A program made the position numbers and the translations under genes. Below are positions 47,626-58,238 of a stretch of DNA of 64,000 bases, in pieces. The notes beneath the pieces were generated by a model. That model saw only the letters and a list, made by a program, of their open reading frames with translations. It was not told where the DNA came from and did no database searches. Position 1 is the first letter of the stretch. Each line of letters opens with the position of its first letter. Source of the DNA: Bacteriovoracia bacterium (GTDB taxonomy: Bacteria; Bdellovibrionota; UBA1018; JBFWNL01); contig JBFWNL010000007.1 in assembly GCA_050251055.1 (NCBI GenBank), positions 128,001-192,000 on the forward strand, in the 5' to 3' direction.

Positions 47626-48596
47626 ATTGGAAAGTGATCGGAGGCGCCGGCGTGGCTGCGTTGGCTCTAGCCGTTGGGCTTTTCGTGTGGAATCAGCGCC
47701 GCAATCGCCTGGAGGTGACCTACCGCGAAGTGCCCGTGAAGCGGGCCGATCTAGAAGTCACGATCCTGAGCACGGGTACCGTGCAACCGAAGAATCGCCT
47801 GGAGATCAAGCCTCCCGTGGCTGGGCGGGTGGAAGACGTGCTCGTGAAAGAAGGGCAGATCGTGCGCAAGGGGCAGATCCTGGCGTGGATGAGTTCGACC
47901 GAGCGGGCGGCTTTGCTAGATGCCGCCCGTTCACAGGGACCAGAAGAAGTGAAGCGTTGGCAGGAGAACTACCGACCGACGCCAATTCTTGCTCCCATCT
48001 CGGGTACCATCATTTTGCGTAACGTGGAGTCCGGCCAAACGTTCACGAACGCGGATCCGGTTTTCACGATGTCCGATCGCCTGACCGTGAAAGCTCAGGT
48101 CGATGAAACGGATATCGCTCAGATCCGCTTGCGCCAATCCGCTTCGATCGTCCTGGACGCATATTCTGGCCAGGCGATTCCGGCTCAAGTGGATCAGATC
48201 GCCTTCGACGCCAAGACCGTGAATAATGTTACCACTTATGAGGTGGACGTACTGCCGGAGCATACGCCCGAGACCATGCGGAGCGGGATGACCGCCAACG
48301 TGACTTTCGTGGTAGCGCGGAAAGGGGATGTCCTCGTGGTTCCGAACGATTCCCTGCGGGTCCAGGACAACCGTTATTCGGTGTTAGTGAAATCCCCGGA
48401 TCCGAAAGGCGCACCGCTTGAAAAGCGGGTTGAAACGGGCATCAGCGACGGTAAGCGCACCGAAATCGTGAGCGGTTTATCCGAAGGGGAGACGGTGTTG
48501 GCCGCCGAGATCAAGCCCTGGTCGCGCGGCGCGGGCAACCGAAGCTCGAATCCGTTCGCACCGTCGATGCGGGGTCGGGGCGGCGGGGGGCGGTAA
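47622..48596 (+). CDS. macA: MacA-like periplasmic adaptor subunit
   Basis: VAGRVEDVLVKEGQ, APISGTI, VDETDI and MRSGMTANV motifs. Confidence 0.85.
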   Translation: MNWKVIGGAGVAALALAVGLFVWNQRRNRLEVTYREVPVKRADLEVTILSTGTVQPKNRLEIKPPVAGRVEDVLVKEGQIVRKGQILAWMSSTERAALLDAARSQGPEEVKRWQENYRPTPILAPISGTIILRNVESGQTFTNADPVFTMSDRLTVKAQVDETDIAQIRLRQSASIVLDAYSGQAIPAQVDQIAFDAKTVNNVTTYEVDVLPEHTPETMRSGMTANVTFVVARKGDVLVVPNDSLRVQDNRYSVLVKSPDPKGAPLEKRVETGISDGKRTEIVSGLSEGETVLAAEIKPWSRGAGNRSSNPFAPSMRGRGGGGR

Positions 48597-48600
48597 GCCC

Positions 48601-50601
48601 ATGTTGGAACTCAAAAATATTCATAAGCGTTACCAGATGGGGGACACCATCGTGCACGCACTGCGCGGGGTGAGTTTGTCCGTCGAGGCCGGCGACTTTG
48701 TCGCGATCATGGGACCATCCGGCTCGGGTAAGTCGACACTCATGCACGTGATGGGCTTGCTCGACGTTCCGGACGAGGGTTCCTACCGGATTTCCCAAGG
48801 CGGCGGAAATGGGCGGGCGGGGGAATCCCGCGAGGTTTCCAAGCTGAGCGAGGATGCGCTTGCGGTGCTGCGCCGGGAAGTCATCGGTTTTATCTTTCAG
48901 CAGTTCAACCTATTGCCCCGCATGACGGCCCAAGAGAACGTGGCGTTGCCGCTGCTTTACTCCGAGCAAAAGCTGGATCTGGAACGCGCACGCGAGCTGC
49001 TGGAGCGCGTGGGTCTAGGCGACCGCCTGGAGCATCACTCGAACGAAATGTCGGGAGGCCAGCAACAACGCGTGGCCATCGCGCGTTCACTGATCAATCG
49101 ACCCCTCATCCTTTTCGCCGACGAGCCGACGGGGAATCTTGACTCCAAGAGCGAAAAGGAAATCATGGCCGTGCTCCAGGAGCTGAATGAGGCCGGCATC
49201 ACGATTATTGTCGTCACGCACGAAGACGAGATCGGTCGCCAGGCGCGTCGGCTCGTACGCATGCGCGATGGTGAGGTGCAAAGTGACGAGCGGCTAAGGC
49301 CGTTGCCGGGTCCCCGTGAGATTTCGACTAGGCCGGGTGGCCGGCCCGATCTGAAGGATGAAGGCACGCGTGGCCAGCTCTCGCGGCTTCGGCAGCACTT
49401 CGAGCAAGGCGTGAAAACTCTGGCCGCGAACAAGGTGCGTACGGGGCTTTCCATGCTGGGGATCTTGATTGGGGTCGCCGCGGTCGTCGCGATGCTCGCG
49501 CTGGGCCGGGGCGCTCAGAAGGCAATCGAGGCCCAGCTTTCGTCTTTAGGCTCCAACCTGCTTGTGCTGCGAGCGGGTGCGATGCGGGGGGCGGGAGGGG
49601 TGATGTCCGAGGGAGGGATGTTCACCCGGCTCACCGTAGAGGACGCGAACGCAATTCGCGAAAGTATTCCCGCCGTGAAAGAGGCGGCGCCGGTGGCGAA
49701 CGGGCGGGGGCAGGTCACTTTCCTTAATCGGAACTGGAACACGCAGGTGCAGGGGGTCTCCCCCGCTTATTCGCGTATGCGCGCGGTGATGCCGGACGTG
49801 GGGCGCTTCTTCACGGAGGACGAGAATCAACGTCGCGCCCGCGTGGCGGTGATCGGACGTACCCTCGTGCAGGAGGTTTTCGGGGGCGAAAATCCGATCG
49901 GGGAGATGATGAAAATCAACAAGGTCGCGTTCCAGGTGATCGGGGTCCTGCCGGAAAAGGGATCCAACGGGTTTCAGGACCAGGACGACAAGCTGATGAT
50001 TCCCGTGTTTACGGCGATGCACCGGCTTCTCGGTAAAGACTACGTGGATTCTATCGAGGTCGAAGTCGCTGAAGCGGGTCAAACGGATGTCGTCCAGGAG
50101 AAACTGGTGGAGCTCATGCTCAGTCGGCATCGGGTAGCGGCTTCCCAACGTCAGGATGCGTTCCAGGTCCGCAACCTCGCGGATATCCAGGCGGCCATGA
50201 CCGCTACCACGCAGACGATGACCCTGCTCCTCTCGGCGATCGCAGCGATCTCATTGCTCGTGGGCGGGATCGGCATCATGAATATCATGCTCGTTTCGGT
50301 GACGGAGCGAACGCGGGAGATCGGTCTGCGCAAAGCCGTGGGCGCGCGACGCGCGGACATTTTGGCGCAGTTCCTGGTGGAGTCGGTGGTCGTGAGCCTC
50401 GTGGGCGGGGCTTGCGGGATCGTTTTGGCGTGGGTGATCGCCTGGTCGCTTTCGACCTTCGCCGGCTGGGCCACGTCGATCACGCTTTCATCCGTGATGC
50501 TTGCGTTTTTCTTTTCGGCGACTACTGGCGTGGTTTTCGGCATCTATCCTGCGCGCCGTGCCTCCCGGCTTCCTCCGATCGATGCGCTTCGTTACGAATA
50601 A
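48601..50601 (+). CDS. macB: MacB-like fused ABC ATPase/permease
   Basis: [23 protein letters not shown] and [21 protein letters not shown] motifs. Confidence 0.92.
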   Translation: MLELKNIHKRYQMGDTIVHALRGVSLSVEAGDFVAIMGPSGSGKSTLMHVMGLLDVPDEGSYRISQGGGNGRAGESREVSKLSEDALAVLRREVIGFIFQQFNLLPRMTAQENVALPLLYSEQKLDLERARELLERVGLGDRLEHHSNEMSGGQQQRVAIARSLINRPLILFADEPTGNLDSKSEKEIMAVLQELNEAGITIIVVTHEDEIGRQARRLVRMRDGEVQSDERLRPLPGPREISTRPGGRPDLKDEGTRGQLSRLRQHFEQGVKTLAANKVRTGLSMLGILIGVAAVVAMLALGRGAQKAIEAQLSSLGSNLLVLRAGAMRGAGGVMSEGGMFTRLTVEDANAIRESIPAVKEAAPVANGRGQVTFLNRNWNTQVQGVSPAYSRMRAVMPDVGRFFTEDENQRRARVAVIGRTLVQEVFGGENPIGEMMKINKVAFQVIGVLPEKGSNGFQDQDDKLMIPVFTAMHRLLGKDYVDSIEVEVAEAGQTDVVQEKLVELMLSRHRVAASQRQDAFQVRNLADIQAAMTATTQTMTLLLSAIAAISLLVGGIGIMNIMLVSVTERTREIGLRKAVGARRADILAQFLVESVVVSLVGGACGIVLAWVIAWSLSTFAGWATSITLSSVMLAFFFSATTGVVFGIYPARRASRLPPIDALRYE

Positions 50602-50664
50602 ATACATTTCGTAGAAAGTCCGGCCCGGATCAGGATATGCCCACGCATTTAGGGCAAGTGTGCT

Positions 50665-51585
50665 ATGGAAGTTAGCGTGGAAACAGGTGATCTACAGAAG
50701 TACCGCGGGCAGTGGGGAGGAGGAATCCAAACCGCCGATGGCCGTCATGAAGAAATGTGGTGGTCCGAGCCCAATCGTGCCTTGGCGGGGAGCGCCTGGG
50801 CGCGGTGGCGTTTTCGCCTCGATGTTCGTCACTACTTCATTTTGCGGTTTTGGGGGAAATTTTTGCGAAGCCGGGGCGCGGCAACGCTACCCCGGGTGAT
50901 TGATTTCGGATGCGGCTCCGGCGGCACTACGATGAACTTTTCCCACGTTTTTTGGGTACCGATTCAAGGCGTAGATATTTTCGAAACCCAACTGAAAGTG
51001 GCCCGCCAAAACGCCCAAGCTTTGGGATCGGCATGTACCTTTGAGAGGTTGGGCGAAGGGGGGAGTATTCCCGTTCCTGACGCATCGATCGACGTGGTGC
51101 TCTCCTTGGATGTGCTGGGGCATGTGCCCGATATCCCGGCCGTCCTAAACGAATTTCGGCGCGTGCTGAAACCCGGAGGTGCGGTCCTGCTTTTCACCGA
51201 ATCCACTTATAGTGACGGGGACCGCTCGATCATGGCTCGGCTCGCGCGCTCCGGCGCGGACATGATGACCGTCGTTCCGGAGCACATCTCGCTCTTTCCC
51301 CGTGAGCGGCTGGAAGAGCTCTTTGGCGCGGCGGGCTTCACGATGCTCGAACGAGTTTCCGCAAACGTGGGCCACTTCTTTTTCTTTCCGAAAGACTACG
51401 TGATGCTCTTGCGGGGACGAGCCGGGTTCACCGGATGGAAAATGCTCGCTTCGTTCTGGAATCGCCTATCAAAGCTCACTCCGTTTTATCCGAAGCCGCT
51501 CGATACCTTACGGCTCGCACTGACATTAATGTTTGGTCGGCGCGCATACGGGACTTCGTATTTCTATTATCTGCGAAAAAATTGA
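50665..51585 (+). CDS. Class I SAM-dependent methyltransferase
   Basis: VIDFGCGSG, GVD and VLGH...RVLKPGG motifs. Confidence 0.88.
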   Translation: MEVSVETGDLQKYRGQWGGGIQTADGRHEEMWWSEPNRALAGSAWARWRFRLDVRHYFILRFWGKFLRSRGAATLPRVIDFGCGSGGTTMNFSHVFWVPIQGVDIFETQLKVARQNAQALGSACTFERLGEGGSIPVPDASIDVVLSLDVLGHVPDIPAVLNEFRRVLKPGGAVLLFTESTYSDGDRSIMARLARSGADMMTVVPEHISLFPRERLEELFGAAGFTMLERVSANVGHFFFFPKDYVMLLRGRAGFTGWKMLASFWNRLSKLTPFYPKPLDTLRLALTLMFGRRAYGTSYFYYLRKN

Positions 51586-51710
51586 CGGTGCCAAAACGCA
51601 TCCCCCGTTTGTTATGATTTAATTTTCAGTGACCCTCCCGGTCGCAAAAAATTTCGTCTACTCTTAGTATACGCAGCCGAATTGCCAGTTACTGAACCAA
51701 GGAGGGTTTT

Positions 51711-53237
51711 GTGATGAGCGTTTCTCGCCGTTTCGTAGTGATCTTCGCATTTGCGACCTTCGCGTTTTCCGTATCTGTTTCCGCCGATCAAAGAATTCTG
51801 ATTCAGGACACGTTTCCTGCCTTGGGTCCCGCCGCTTCGCTAAAAGATGCGGGCGAGATGGTTCTGCGTCAGTTCCGATTGGAGAAGGAAGCGTTGGATC
51901 AGCCCTTCGAAGTCGCACGCGAAACCGAGAGCCTCACGGGCCATCACATCACCTACCAACAAACTTACGAAGGTTACGAAGTCTATGAAGGCTTCGTAAA
52001 CGTGCACACGAGCTTGGACTTCCGGGCGGAATCGCTCGAGCCACACGTGGTGAAGTTCGAGCGTCCCGCGGCGCTGCGTTTCGGAAAGGTAGCGGCTAGT
52101 CCGGGCGGCGCGGTCGAGGCCGCCGTATCGGCGACCCGCACGAAGATGGATCCGATTTCTCCGGTCCAATCCAGGCCCGTGGTTTACTCGGTCGGCGGCG
52201 TGCCGACGCTGGGCTGGAACGTCAAGTTTGATACCCGCTATCCCACCGGCAGCTGGGATGTCCTGGTGGACGCCGATACGACCCACGTGGTTTCGCTGCG
52301 CAACCGCGTGCAGTTTGCTTCCGGCAAAGGCATGGTCTTTAACCCGAACCCGGTAGTGGCGTCGGGCATCCCGGATCTCAAGTTCAATGGTTCGCAAACG
52401 AAGCTCATCGACGGCTACCGTATGTCGGCGACTTTTTTGGAGCTCGATGGCAGCGGTTACCTAACGGGGAAATATTGCATGACAGCCGTCGCCCGCGATA
52501 AGGCGCGCGCGTACAATAAGGACTTGGTCTTTGAATACTCCCACAAGGATTTGGGATTCCACGAAGCCATGGCCTACTATCACTTAACGACGATGCAGTA
52601 CTACATTCAAAGCCTGGGCTTCAAGAACATCAACAACCGGCAGATCACGATCAACGTCGACACGATCACCGATGACAATTCGTTCTATAGCCCGGCGACT
52701 AAACAAATTACGATGGGTACGGGCGGCGCTCCGGACGTGGAAGACGCCGACGTGATTTACCATGAAGCCGGTCACGCGATTCACGACAACCAGGTACCGG
52801 GTTGGGGATCGACCACCGAGGGTGGCGCAATGGGCGAGGGGTTTGGTGACTACTGGGCTGGTAGCGCGTTCGCGGGCATTGGCGCCAAGGGCTCGGATTG
52901 GGACGTTTACATCGCCGAATGGGATGGGGTCGCCTACAATCCCGGCAACCCGGGCTTCCTGCGCCGCTTGGATACGAAGAAAAAGTATCCGGGCGATGTG
53001 CAGAATCAAGTCCACGCCGATGGCGAAATGTGGAGTGCGTCGCTCTGGCAGGTTCGTCAGCTCGTGGGTAAAACTCGCGCGGATCAGACGGTTCTCGAGT
53101 CGCACTTCTACCTGAGTCCGCGCGCTAAGTTCGCCGATGGCGCAAACGCAATTCTGGAGGCGAACAAGAAGCTCTTTGACGGGGATAAGCAGGACCAGCT
53201 CCGCAAGATCTTCGTCGATCGCGGATTCTTGAACTAG
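51711..53237 (+). CDS. Secreted M36/M4-type metallopeptidase with FTP/PepSY propeptide
   Basis: Signal peptide; HITYQQTYEG; DADVIYHEAGH; GAMGEGFGD; VHADGEMW. Confidence 0.88.
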   Translation: MMSVSRRFVVIFAFATFAFSVSVSADQRILIQDTFPALGPAASLKDAGEMVLRQFRLEKEALDQPFEVARETESLTGHHITYQQTYEGYEVYEGFVNVHTSLDFRAESLEPHVVKFERPAALRFGKVAASPGGAVEAAVSATRTKMDPISPVQSRPVVYSVGGVPTLGWNVKFDTRYPTGSWDVLVDADTTHVVSLRNRVQFASGKGMVFNPNPVVASGIPDLKFNGSQTKLIDGYRMSATFLELDGSGYLTGKYCMTAVARDKARAYNKDLVFEYSHKDLGFHEAMAYYHLTTMQYYIQSLGFKNINNRQITINVDTITDDNSFYSPATKQITMGTGGAPDVEDADVIYHEAGHAIHDNQVPGWGSTTEGGAMGEGFGDYWAGSAFAGIGAKGSDWDVYIAEWDGVAYNPGNPGFLRRLDTKKKYPGDVQNQVHADGEMWSASLWQVRQLVGKTRADQTVLESHFYLSPRAKFADGANAILEANKKLFDGDKQDQLRKIFVDRGFLN

Positions 53238-53251
53238 TCTAAAAGCCTAGG

Positions 53252-53276
53252 ATCTCCCCAGAAATGGGGAGATTTG
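53252..53276 (+). terminator. Probable terminator hairpin
   Basis: ATCTCCCCA-GAAA-TGGGGAGAT right after the stop; U tract short. Confidence 0.55.
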
Positions 53277-53345
53277 ACACAATGCATTAGTGTTGATAGA
53301 ACCCGCTCCGGTTCCTTAATTAACCCAGGAACCGGGGAGTTGTGG

Positions 53346-54377
53346 ATGATCAAAGGCCATCTGGCTTTTGCTTGGGGTTCCTTATTTGCGCTTGCGTGCG
53401 GGACGAGCTCCGCCCACGCGGCGTATTTCTCTGACCATCCCTATATTCACTTCGCGGATCAAGTGCGGGCGGGTGAGACGGGACTGGATGACCGAAACTT
53501 CGCCCCCTTTCTGAAGCGCTACGCCGTCGGGCGTTTTGAGACGCCTCAAGCGTACTCTGATTCCGCGCGCGTGGGTGAGACAGTGACCCACATCGGAGCA
53601 GGCTTGTTTCTGGTGGCGAATCACGTCTACGAGTCGCGAGGGAAGCCCGCAGAAGGTCACTTCGTGCAAGAGGTTTTGGCGGAAGGCCAGGCGGCCTTAC
53701 CGCCGGAGCTTCGCCCGGTTTGGTTTAGCCAGAAATTCGTTTGGAGTCAGTACCACACGCACAAAATCTTGGTTCGCTGGCTGTTTTGCGTGCCCGCGCA
53801 TGACTTCTGCCTCTTTCGCGCCGCCGATCCCGGTGCCTTGCCCGCCCATTTAGAGCAGGTGGCGCTTTCGACTCGGGAGCCGGTACGAGGTATGGAGGTA
53901 TTCACGGTTGGCTATCCGGGCGATCGCCAACTGGATTTTTTGCCGCATCCCGCGGCTTCCATAGGTGAGATTTCCGGGCGAGGCTACCGCACGGATTACT
54001 CCGATCTCCATTTGTTAACCGTGTCCGGCGCCGGTGGAATCTCGAATAGCCCCGCCATTTCCCAAGCGGACCCCGACTTGATGGTGCTTTATTTCAACAT
54101 CGTGGGCAAGCAGCCCCGGACCCAGCCCATGGATTCACGCGAGGCCATTCGGGCTTACGAGCAGTGGGAAAAGGGCGTGAGTGCCCTGGCGTCTTTTACC
54201 GGCGACGAAGCGGAAAAAAAGGCGGAAACCGATCGTCTCCGCGGGGAGCTCATGCGGTTCCTGCCTCACTTCAACATGGGAGTTTCCGCGGCGAAAATTG
54301 CCGAAGATATACGGAATTCCCCTTATGCGGATTTGTTCTGTGAAGCGTCCGATCGCTTGGCTGGCTGCGCGAAATAA
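53346..54377 (+). CDS. Divergent secreted trypsin-like serine protease
   Basis: Signal peptide; LVANHV, HDFCLF, VGYPG and GISNSP motifs in His-Asp-Ser order. Confidence 0.62.
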   Translation: MIKGHLAFAWGSLFALACGTSSAHAAYFSDHPYIHFADQVRAGETGLDDRNFAPFLKRYAVGRFETPQAYSDSARVGETVTHIGAGLFLVANHVYESRGKPAEGHFVQEVLAEGQAALPPELRPVWFSQKFVWSQYHTHKILVRWLFCVPAHDFCLFRAADPGALPAHLEQVALSTREPVRGMEVFTVGYPGDRQLDFLPHPAASIGEISGRGYRTDYSDLHLLTVSGAGGISNSPAISQADPDLMVLYFNIVGKQPRTQPMDSREAIRAYEQWEKGVSALASFTGDEAEKKAETDRLRGELMRFLPHFNMGVSAAKIAEDIRNSPYADLFCEASDRLAGCAK

Positions 54378-54386
54378 CCCGATCTA

Positions 54387-54773
54387 CTACTGTGCCTTCA
54401 AAGAGAGCGTGACTTCGTGGGCGTGCCCCGCGTCCTGCGATGAGGTTACTTTCAGCTCTCCGTCGATCAGCAATAGGACGAGGTCCGTTTCCCTTAAGGT
54501 CAAGACGTGCGGATGCCCCGACCGACCTTGAATGCCGAGGCGGGTGGAGCCTTCCGCGCGGGCCCGGCGTAGGTTCAGGATCAACTCGCTTAGGGTTAGC
54601 GAAAGCGCGTGCCCGTGATTATTGGCGATGACGGATTGCGGCACCAGCTCGCTCGCCGCTTCATTTGCCGGTTCCGCCGCGGCGTGCACCCAGGCGGGCA
54701 GTGCCACCGTGGAGATAGCAAGGATTCCGGTGCGCTGGAGCAACTGTCTGCGTGTTAGATCGATGTTCGTCAT
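54387..54773 (-). CDS. Tat-exported small His-motif (putative metal-binding) protein
   Basis: TRRQLL Tat signal; NHGH, GHPH and GHAH motifs; GGGAGG RBS. Confidence 0.75.
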   Translation of the reverse strand: MTNIDLTRRQLLQRTGILAISTVALPAWVHAAAEPANEAASELVPQSVIANNHGHALSLTLSELILNLRRARAEGSTRLGIQGRSGHPHVLTLRETDLVLLLIDGELKVTSSQDAGHAHEVTLSLKAQ

Positions 54774-54863
54774 TTTGATTCCCTCCCCAGGGTTCTAACT
54801 GGATCTATAGCCAAAAAACGGGTACATCGGGTATCGGGTTTTTTTAAAACAGGTGTTTAATAT

Positions 54864-55675
54864 ATGGAAACAATCCGCTTCGGCGACATTAATACCCTTC
54901 TCGAGCTGATTCGCACCAAGTCCGTGCGCGAATCCTCGCGCAATCTTGGGGTTTCTCCCGGTAATATTTCGAAACTAGTGAAGTCGCTCGAGCTTCGCTT
55001 GGGCGTGCGCCTGCTCGAGCGCACTCCCCACGGCGTGGAAGCGACAGCCGAGGCCATGAGTGTTTTGCCTCGACTTCCTTTCTCTCTACCCATTTCCTCC
55101 CGGCCGCGCTCGCGCAGTACGAGCGCATTCAGCCTCGCACGCGTTTTCGTCTGATCGACTTGCCGCCCACGCAGTTCGTCGCGGCCGGCATGCGGGGCGC
55201 TTTTCAGCTTTGCGTGCATATGGGGAGCCTCGAGTGGCCTAAGACTTGGACCACCCTGGAAGTTGGTACGGTGACTTGGTCGCTTTACTGTCGAAAAGGG
55301 CACCCACTTTCCGCGAAGCCAACGCTGGCGCAGATCCTGAAATACCCGTTCGTTTACCCAGCGTATTGGGCGGGCGAGGGGGTACGCTTCGGCGATGACA
55401 ACTGTCCCCAGAGTATTCGGCGCCGGCGCCTAGGCCACGAGACCGCGACCGCGACCGCCGCCGTGGAGATGGTTCGGTACACCGATCATCTGGGATTCTT
55501 TCCAAGCATAGTCGCGCGCGCTTTGGAAAAGCAACGATTGATCCGAAGGCTCCCCGTCCGCGAATGGAATCAGGTCAGTCGGCCGCTCTACCTTACGGTA
55601 AAAAACGACTTCGTCAAGCAGCCGACGTTCCTACGTTTTAAGGAGTTACTCCAAGACCAGCTGAGTCGTGATTAG
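54864..55675 (+). pseudogene. LysR family regulator disrupted by an internal deletion and frameshift
   Basis: HTH half (SVRESSRNLGVSPGNISKLVKSLE...LLERTPHGV) in one frame. The substrate-binding half resumes in another frame at about 55070 (STSFLSTHFLP...RFRLIDLP). Confidence 0.8.
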
Positions 55676-55690
55676 ATCGGTGAGTGATAT

Positions 55691-57151
55691 CTATATAAAT
55701 CCGGCTTCCCGGAACGCGTTGGCGAGTTTTGCTTGCGGGCTACCGTCAAGGACTCGTACGCGTACGCTCGCTTTGCCTTCCGTGAAGGTGATCTCAGATT
55801 TTACGATCGAGGTTTGAATTCCGCTGCGTTTCAGCGCGTGTTTCAACCGTTCTTTCACCGGGTCGGCTTGGGCGCCGACGCGTAGCTTAGCGAGCACGAA
55901 CTCAAACGTATAAACTGGTCCTTGCTCTTCGTCCGTTCCCCCGCGTGGTTCGGTCGGCCGGGTAGGGGGCGTGGTCGGCGTGGCTGTGCCCTTTACGATG
56001 TCGTACACAGTTTTGGCTTGGATGTACGGGTTCGAGCTGCCATGCGATGCGTAAAGCGAAGTCGGAAGCCAGATGAAGTCCGGGTGCGTTTCGTCGAATT
56101 TACGAGCGTAGGCCGCCGGATTTTTCTGGTGCTCCCAGATCCCGCTACCGACGAGCCTTCCCGCCGATTGGACCTCGGTGGGGGACGTCATCACTACCGG
56201 GGCGTCGAAGTGAAGATCGAACTTCAGGAGGCGTCCCTCGTAGGAGGCACCCGCACGCCCAAAGGACTCGACCCGCTCTTCGTCGCTGATCTTTTTGATA
56301 TCGAATACGCTGGAGACGTCATCGGGTTCCACATCCTGATCGTTCCCCCAAAAAATCTTCACGCGCAACGATACGGGATAGACCGATCGCCCGTTGCCGC
56401 CGACCACCGGTTTTTGAATATCTTGCGCCCGGATGGGAAGAAAACGATAACCGACCACGGGCTGATTCCATACTTCGTCGCCCGTGAAGCGATCGATCAC
56501 CACGCCCGTGCGTAGGATCCCCACGTAGTTGGTGAAGATCATGAAAAAGTGGCGCGGAACCACGTCCCAAAAAGCTTCAAAGTTACTCTGTCCGCTTTGC
56601 GTGAGAGAGCGGGCGTCCGGGCTGTTGGCGTCGGTGACCCAGTTGCCCGTCTTCACGCTCTTATTCGTGTCACCTGCGAATAGCGAACCCGATTCCATCC
56701 AGAGCTCGGTCAGTAGGGCCTTTTGGTCGCCCACGTTCCACTGGACATCGCCCACTTTGCGCGACTCGCGGGGTTCGGCTTCTTTAATCGCGGCCGCCGA
56801 CCAGGCGTTACAATGTCCCCACCAGCCCCGGCAGCCTTCTTGTTCTTCCTTCGGTAAGGTGGAGCAGGCATGCTCACGCTTTTCCCAAAGCGTTGCTTTC
56901 TTGCCTTGTCGGGCAAAAAGGTCGTATTTTTCCGCAGGGGAGTTTTCGCCCGCCCGGTAGCGCCAGGCAAGCCCGTCTTCGCCGTAGGGCCAATAGGTAC
57001 CGGCCCAGGGAGTCTGCTGGGGTTGGGCGAAACGATGCTGGTTATATAGCGCTTTGAAGTCGGTGTTGGAGTATTTGAATTCGCCGTCTTCGGCTTGGGC
57101 GGCGAAGGAAGTGATGGCCAGAGTCACGAGCAACAGGAGAGTTTGTTTCAT
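55691..57151 (-). CDS. Secreted transglutaminase-elicitor (GP42-like) family protein
   Basis: PWAGTYWP, SPAEKYD, WWGHCNAWSAAA, EVWNQPVVGY and HPDFIW motifs; signal peptide. Confidence 0.8.
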   Translation of the reverse strand: MKQTLLLLVTLAITSFAAQAEDGEFKYSNTDFKALYNQHRFAQPQQTPWAGTYWPYGEDGLAWRYRAGENSPAEKYDLFARQGKKATLWEKREHACSTLPKEEQEGCRGWWGHCNAWSAAAIKEAEPRESRKVGDVQWNVGDQKALLTELWMESGSLFAGDTNKSVKTGNWVTDANSPDARSLTQSGQSNFEAFWDVVPRHFFMIFTNYVGILRTGVVIDRFTGDEVWNQPVVGYRFLPIRAQDIQKPVVGGNGRSVYPVSLRVKIFWGNDQDVEPDDVSSVFDIKKISDEERVESFGRAGASYEGRLLKFDLHFDAPVVMTSPTEVQSAGRLVGSGIWEHQKNPAAYARKFDETHPDFIWLPTSLYASHGSSNPYIQAKTVYDIVKGTATPTTPPTRPTEPRGGTDEEQGPVYTFEFVLAKLRVGAQADPVKERLKHALKRSGIQTSIVKSEITFTEGKASVRVRVLDGSPQAKLANAFREAGFI

Positions 57152-57161
57152 GGGGTATTCC

Positions 57162-58046
57162 TTAGATCAGAATCGCAAAAAATTTCTGGTTATCGATCGT
57201 GGTGGGGAGGGGATCGCCCGCGCACCACTGAGCTTTCACGCGGTTGCCAAAGGCGTCGCGATATTCGAAGGCACCGGCTCGATCGCATTTTTTACCCACG
57301 TTTTCACGCGCCGCCCGCTTGGTGACGAATGGATCTGCGGGCATTTGAAAAGCGCGCACCCCCTTGTAGTTGTCCCCCTTGAGTAACCGGGGGACATCCG
57401 TCGGGAACAGCAGCAAGCCTGAGCTCGAGGCATCCTCGGGATCGAACTTGACGCCATAGGTTTCCTCGTCGCCCCGGGCCACAAATTTCACGATATCCGT
57501 TCCGTGGGCCCGATAGTCCGAGTCGAGGTACAGACGCACGGAGGTCACGTCATCGGGCTTGAGATCGCCCTTGGCCGGAGCGCGCGTTGGGCGGTAGTTC
57601 AGAACCGCGCATTTTTTATCAGCGAGATCACCCGCCGCGAAGAATGCCTGGTGATGGAGGTCATTTATAGCTTCTTTTTGGAGCTTGGTGCACTCCACTA
57701 AGCGACGGGAGGTAATGTCAAACCGCACGGGCGCGCCAAATTCGACCGGACCGGCCTGGGGGCGTTTTTCGGTGATTTTGGAAACCTTGGGGAACACGAG
57801 GTACTGCACGCGGTTCCGCAGTTTATCGAACTGATTGGAATACGGCTGCAGGTCTTGATCGATGGAGGCAACCCCCCGACGCGCGCGCGCGTCCATTTCG
57901 GAAAACGCCAAATCCAGCGCCCGCTGGTTGGCAAGCTCGCCAGAAGCCGTAGGGGAAAGGGTTTTCGAAGCGCTAGCGCAGCCGAAAGCCACAAGGGCTA
58001 TCGCCGCGCCAAGGACCGGGGACGAAGATTTAAAGTTTATTTTCAT
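57162..58046 (-). CDS. Hypothetical lipoprotein
   Basis: AFGC lipobox; 10 bp upstream of the TGase-like gene. Confidence 0.75.
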   Translation of the reverse strand: MKINFKSSSPVLGAAIALVAFGCASASKTLSPTASGELANQRALDLAFSEMDARARRGVASIDQDLQPYSNQFDKLRNRVQYLVFPKVSKITEKRPQAGPVEFGAPVRFDITSRRLVECTKLQKEAINDLHHQAFFAAGDLADKKCAVLNYRPTRAPAKGDLKPDDVTSVRLYLDSDYRAHGTDIVKFVARGDEETYGVKFDPEDASSSGLLLFPTDVPRLLKGDNYKGVRAFQMPADPFVTKRAARENVGKKCDRAGAFEYRDAFGNRVKAQWCAGDPLPTTIDNQKFFAILI

Positions 58047-58238
58047 GGTAGGAACAGTCTAAGGGATCTTCCTGATTCCGCACTCGGAAAATTCCGCCGG
58101 GCAAGTCGCCTCAATGACACCGTAAGCCTTCGTTCGCATTAGGCAAATTTGGCATTTCTTTTGTTTGGCTGAATTCGGTCGAATTGCGTCAGTTTCCGCG
58201 CGATCCGGGGTTAAGTCGACCACAAGGAGTCACGCGCT

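Noticed and set aside
46363-51585. MacAB-TolC plus methyltransferase as a natural-product cluster
   Set aside because: No precursor peptide or biosynthetic core enzyme is adjacent; an ordinary efflux operon explains it
55060-55080. Programmed -1 frameshift in lysR
   Set aside because: No canonical slippery heptamer, and about 30 codons of linker are missing, so recoding would not yield a normal LysR
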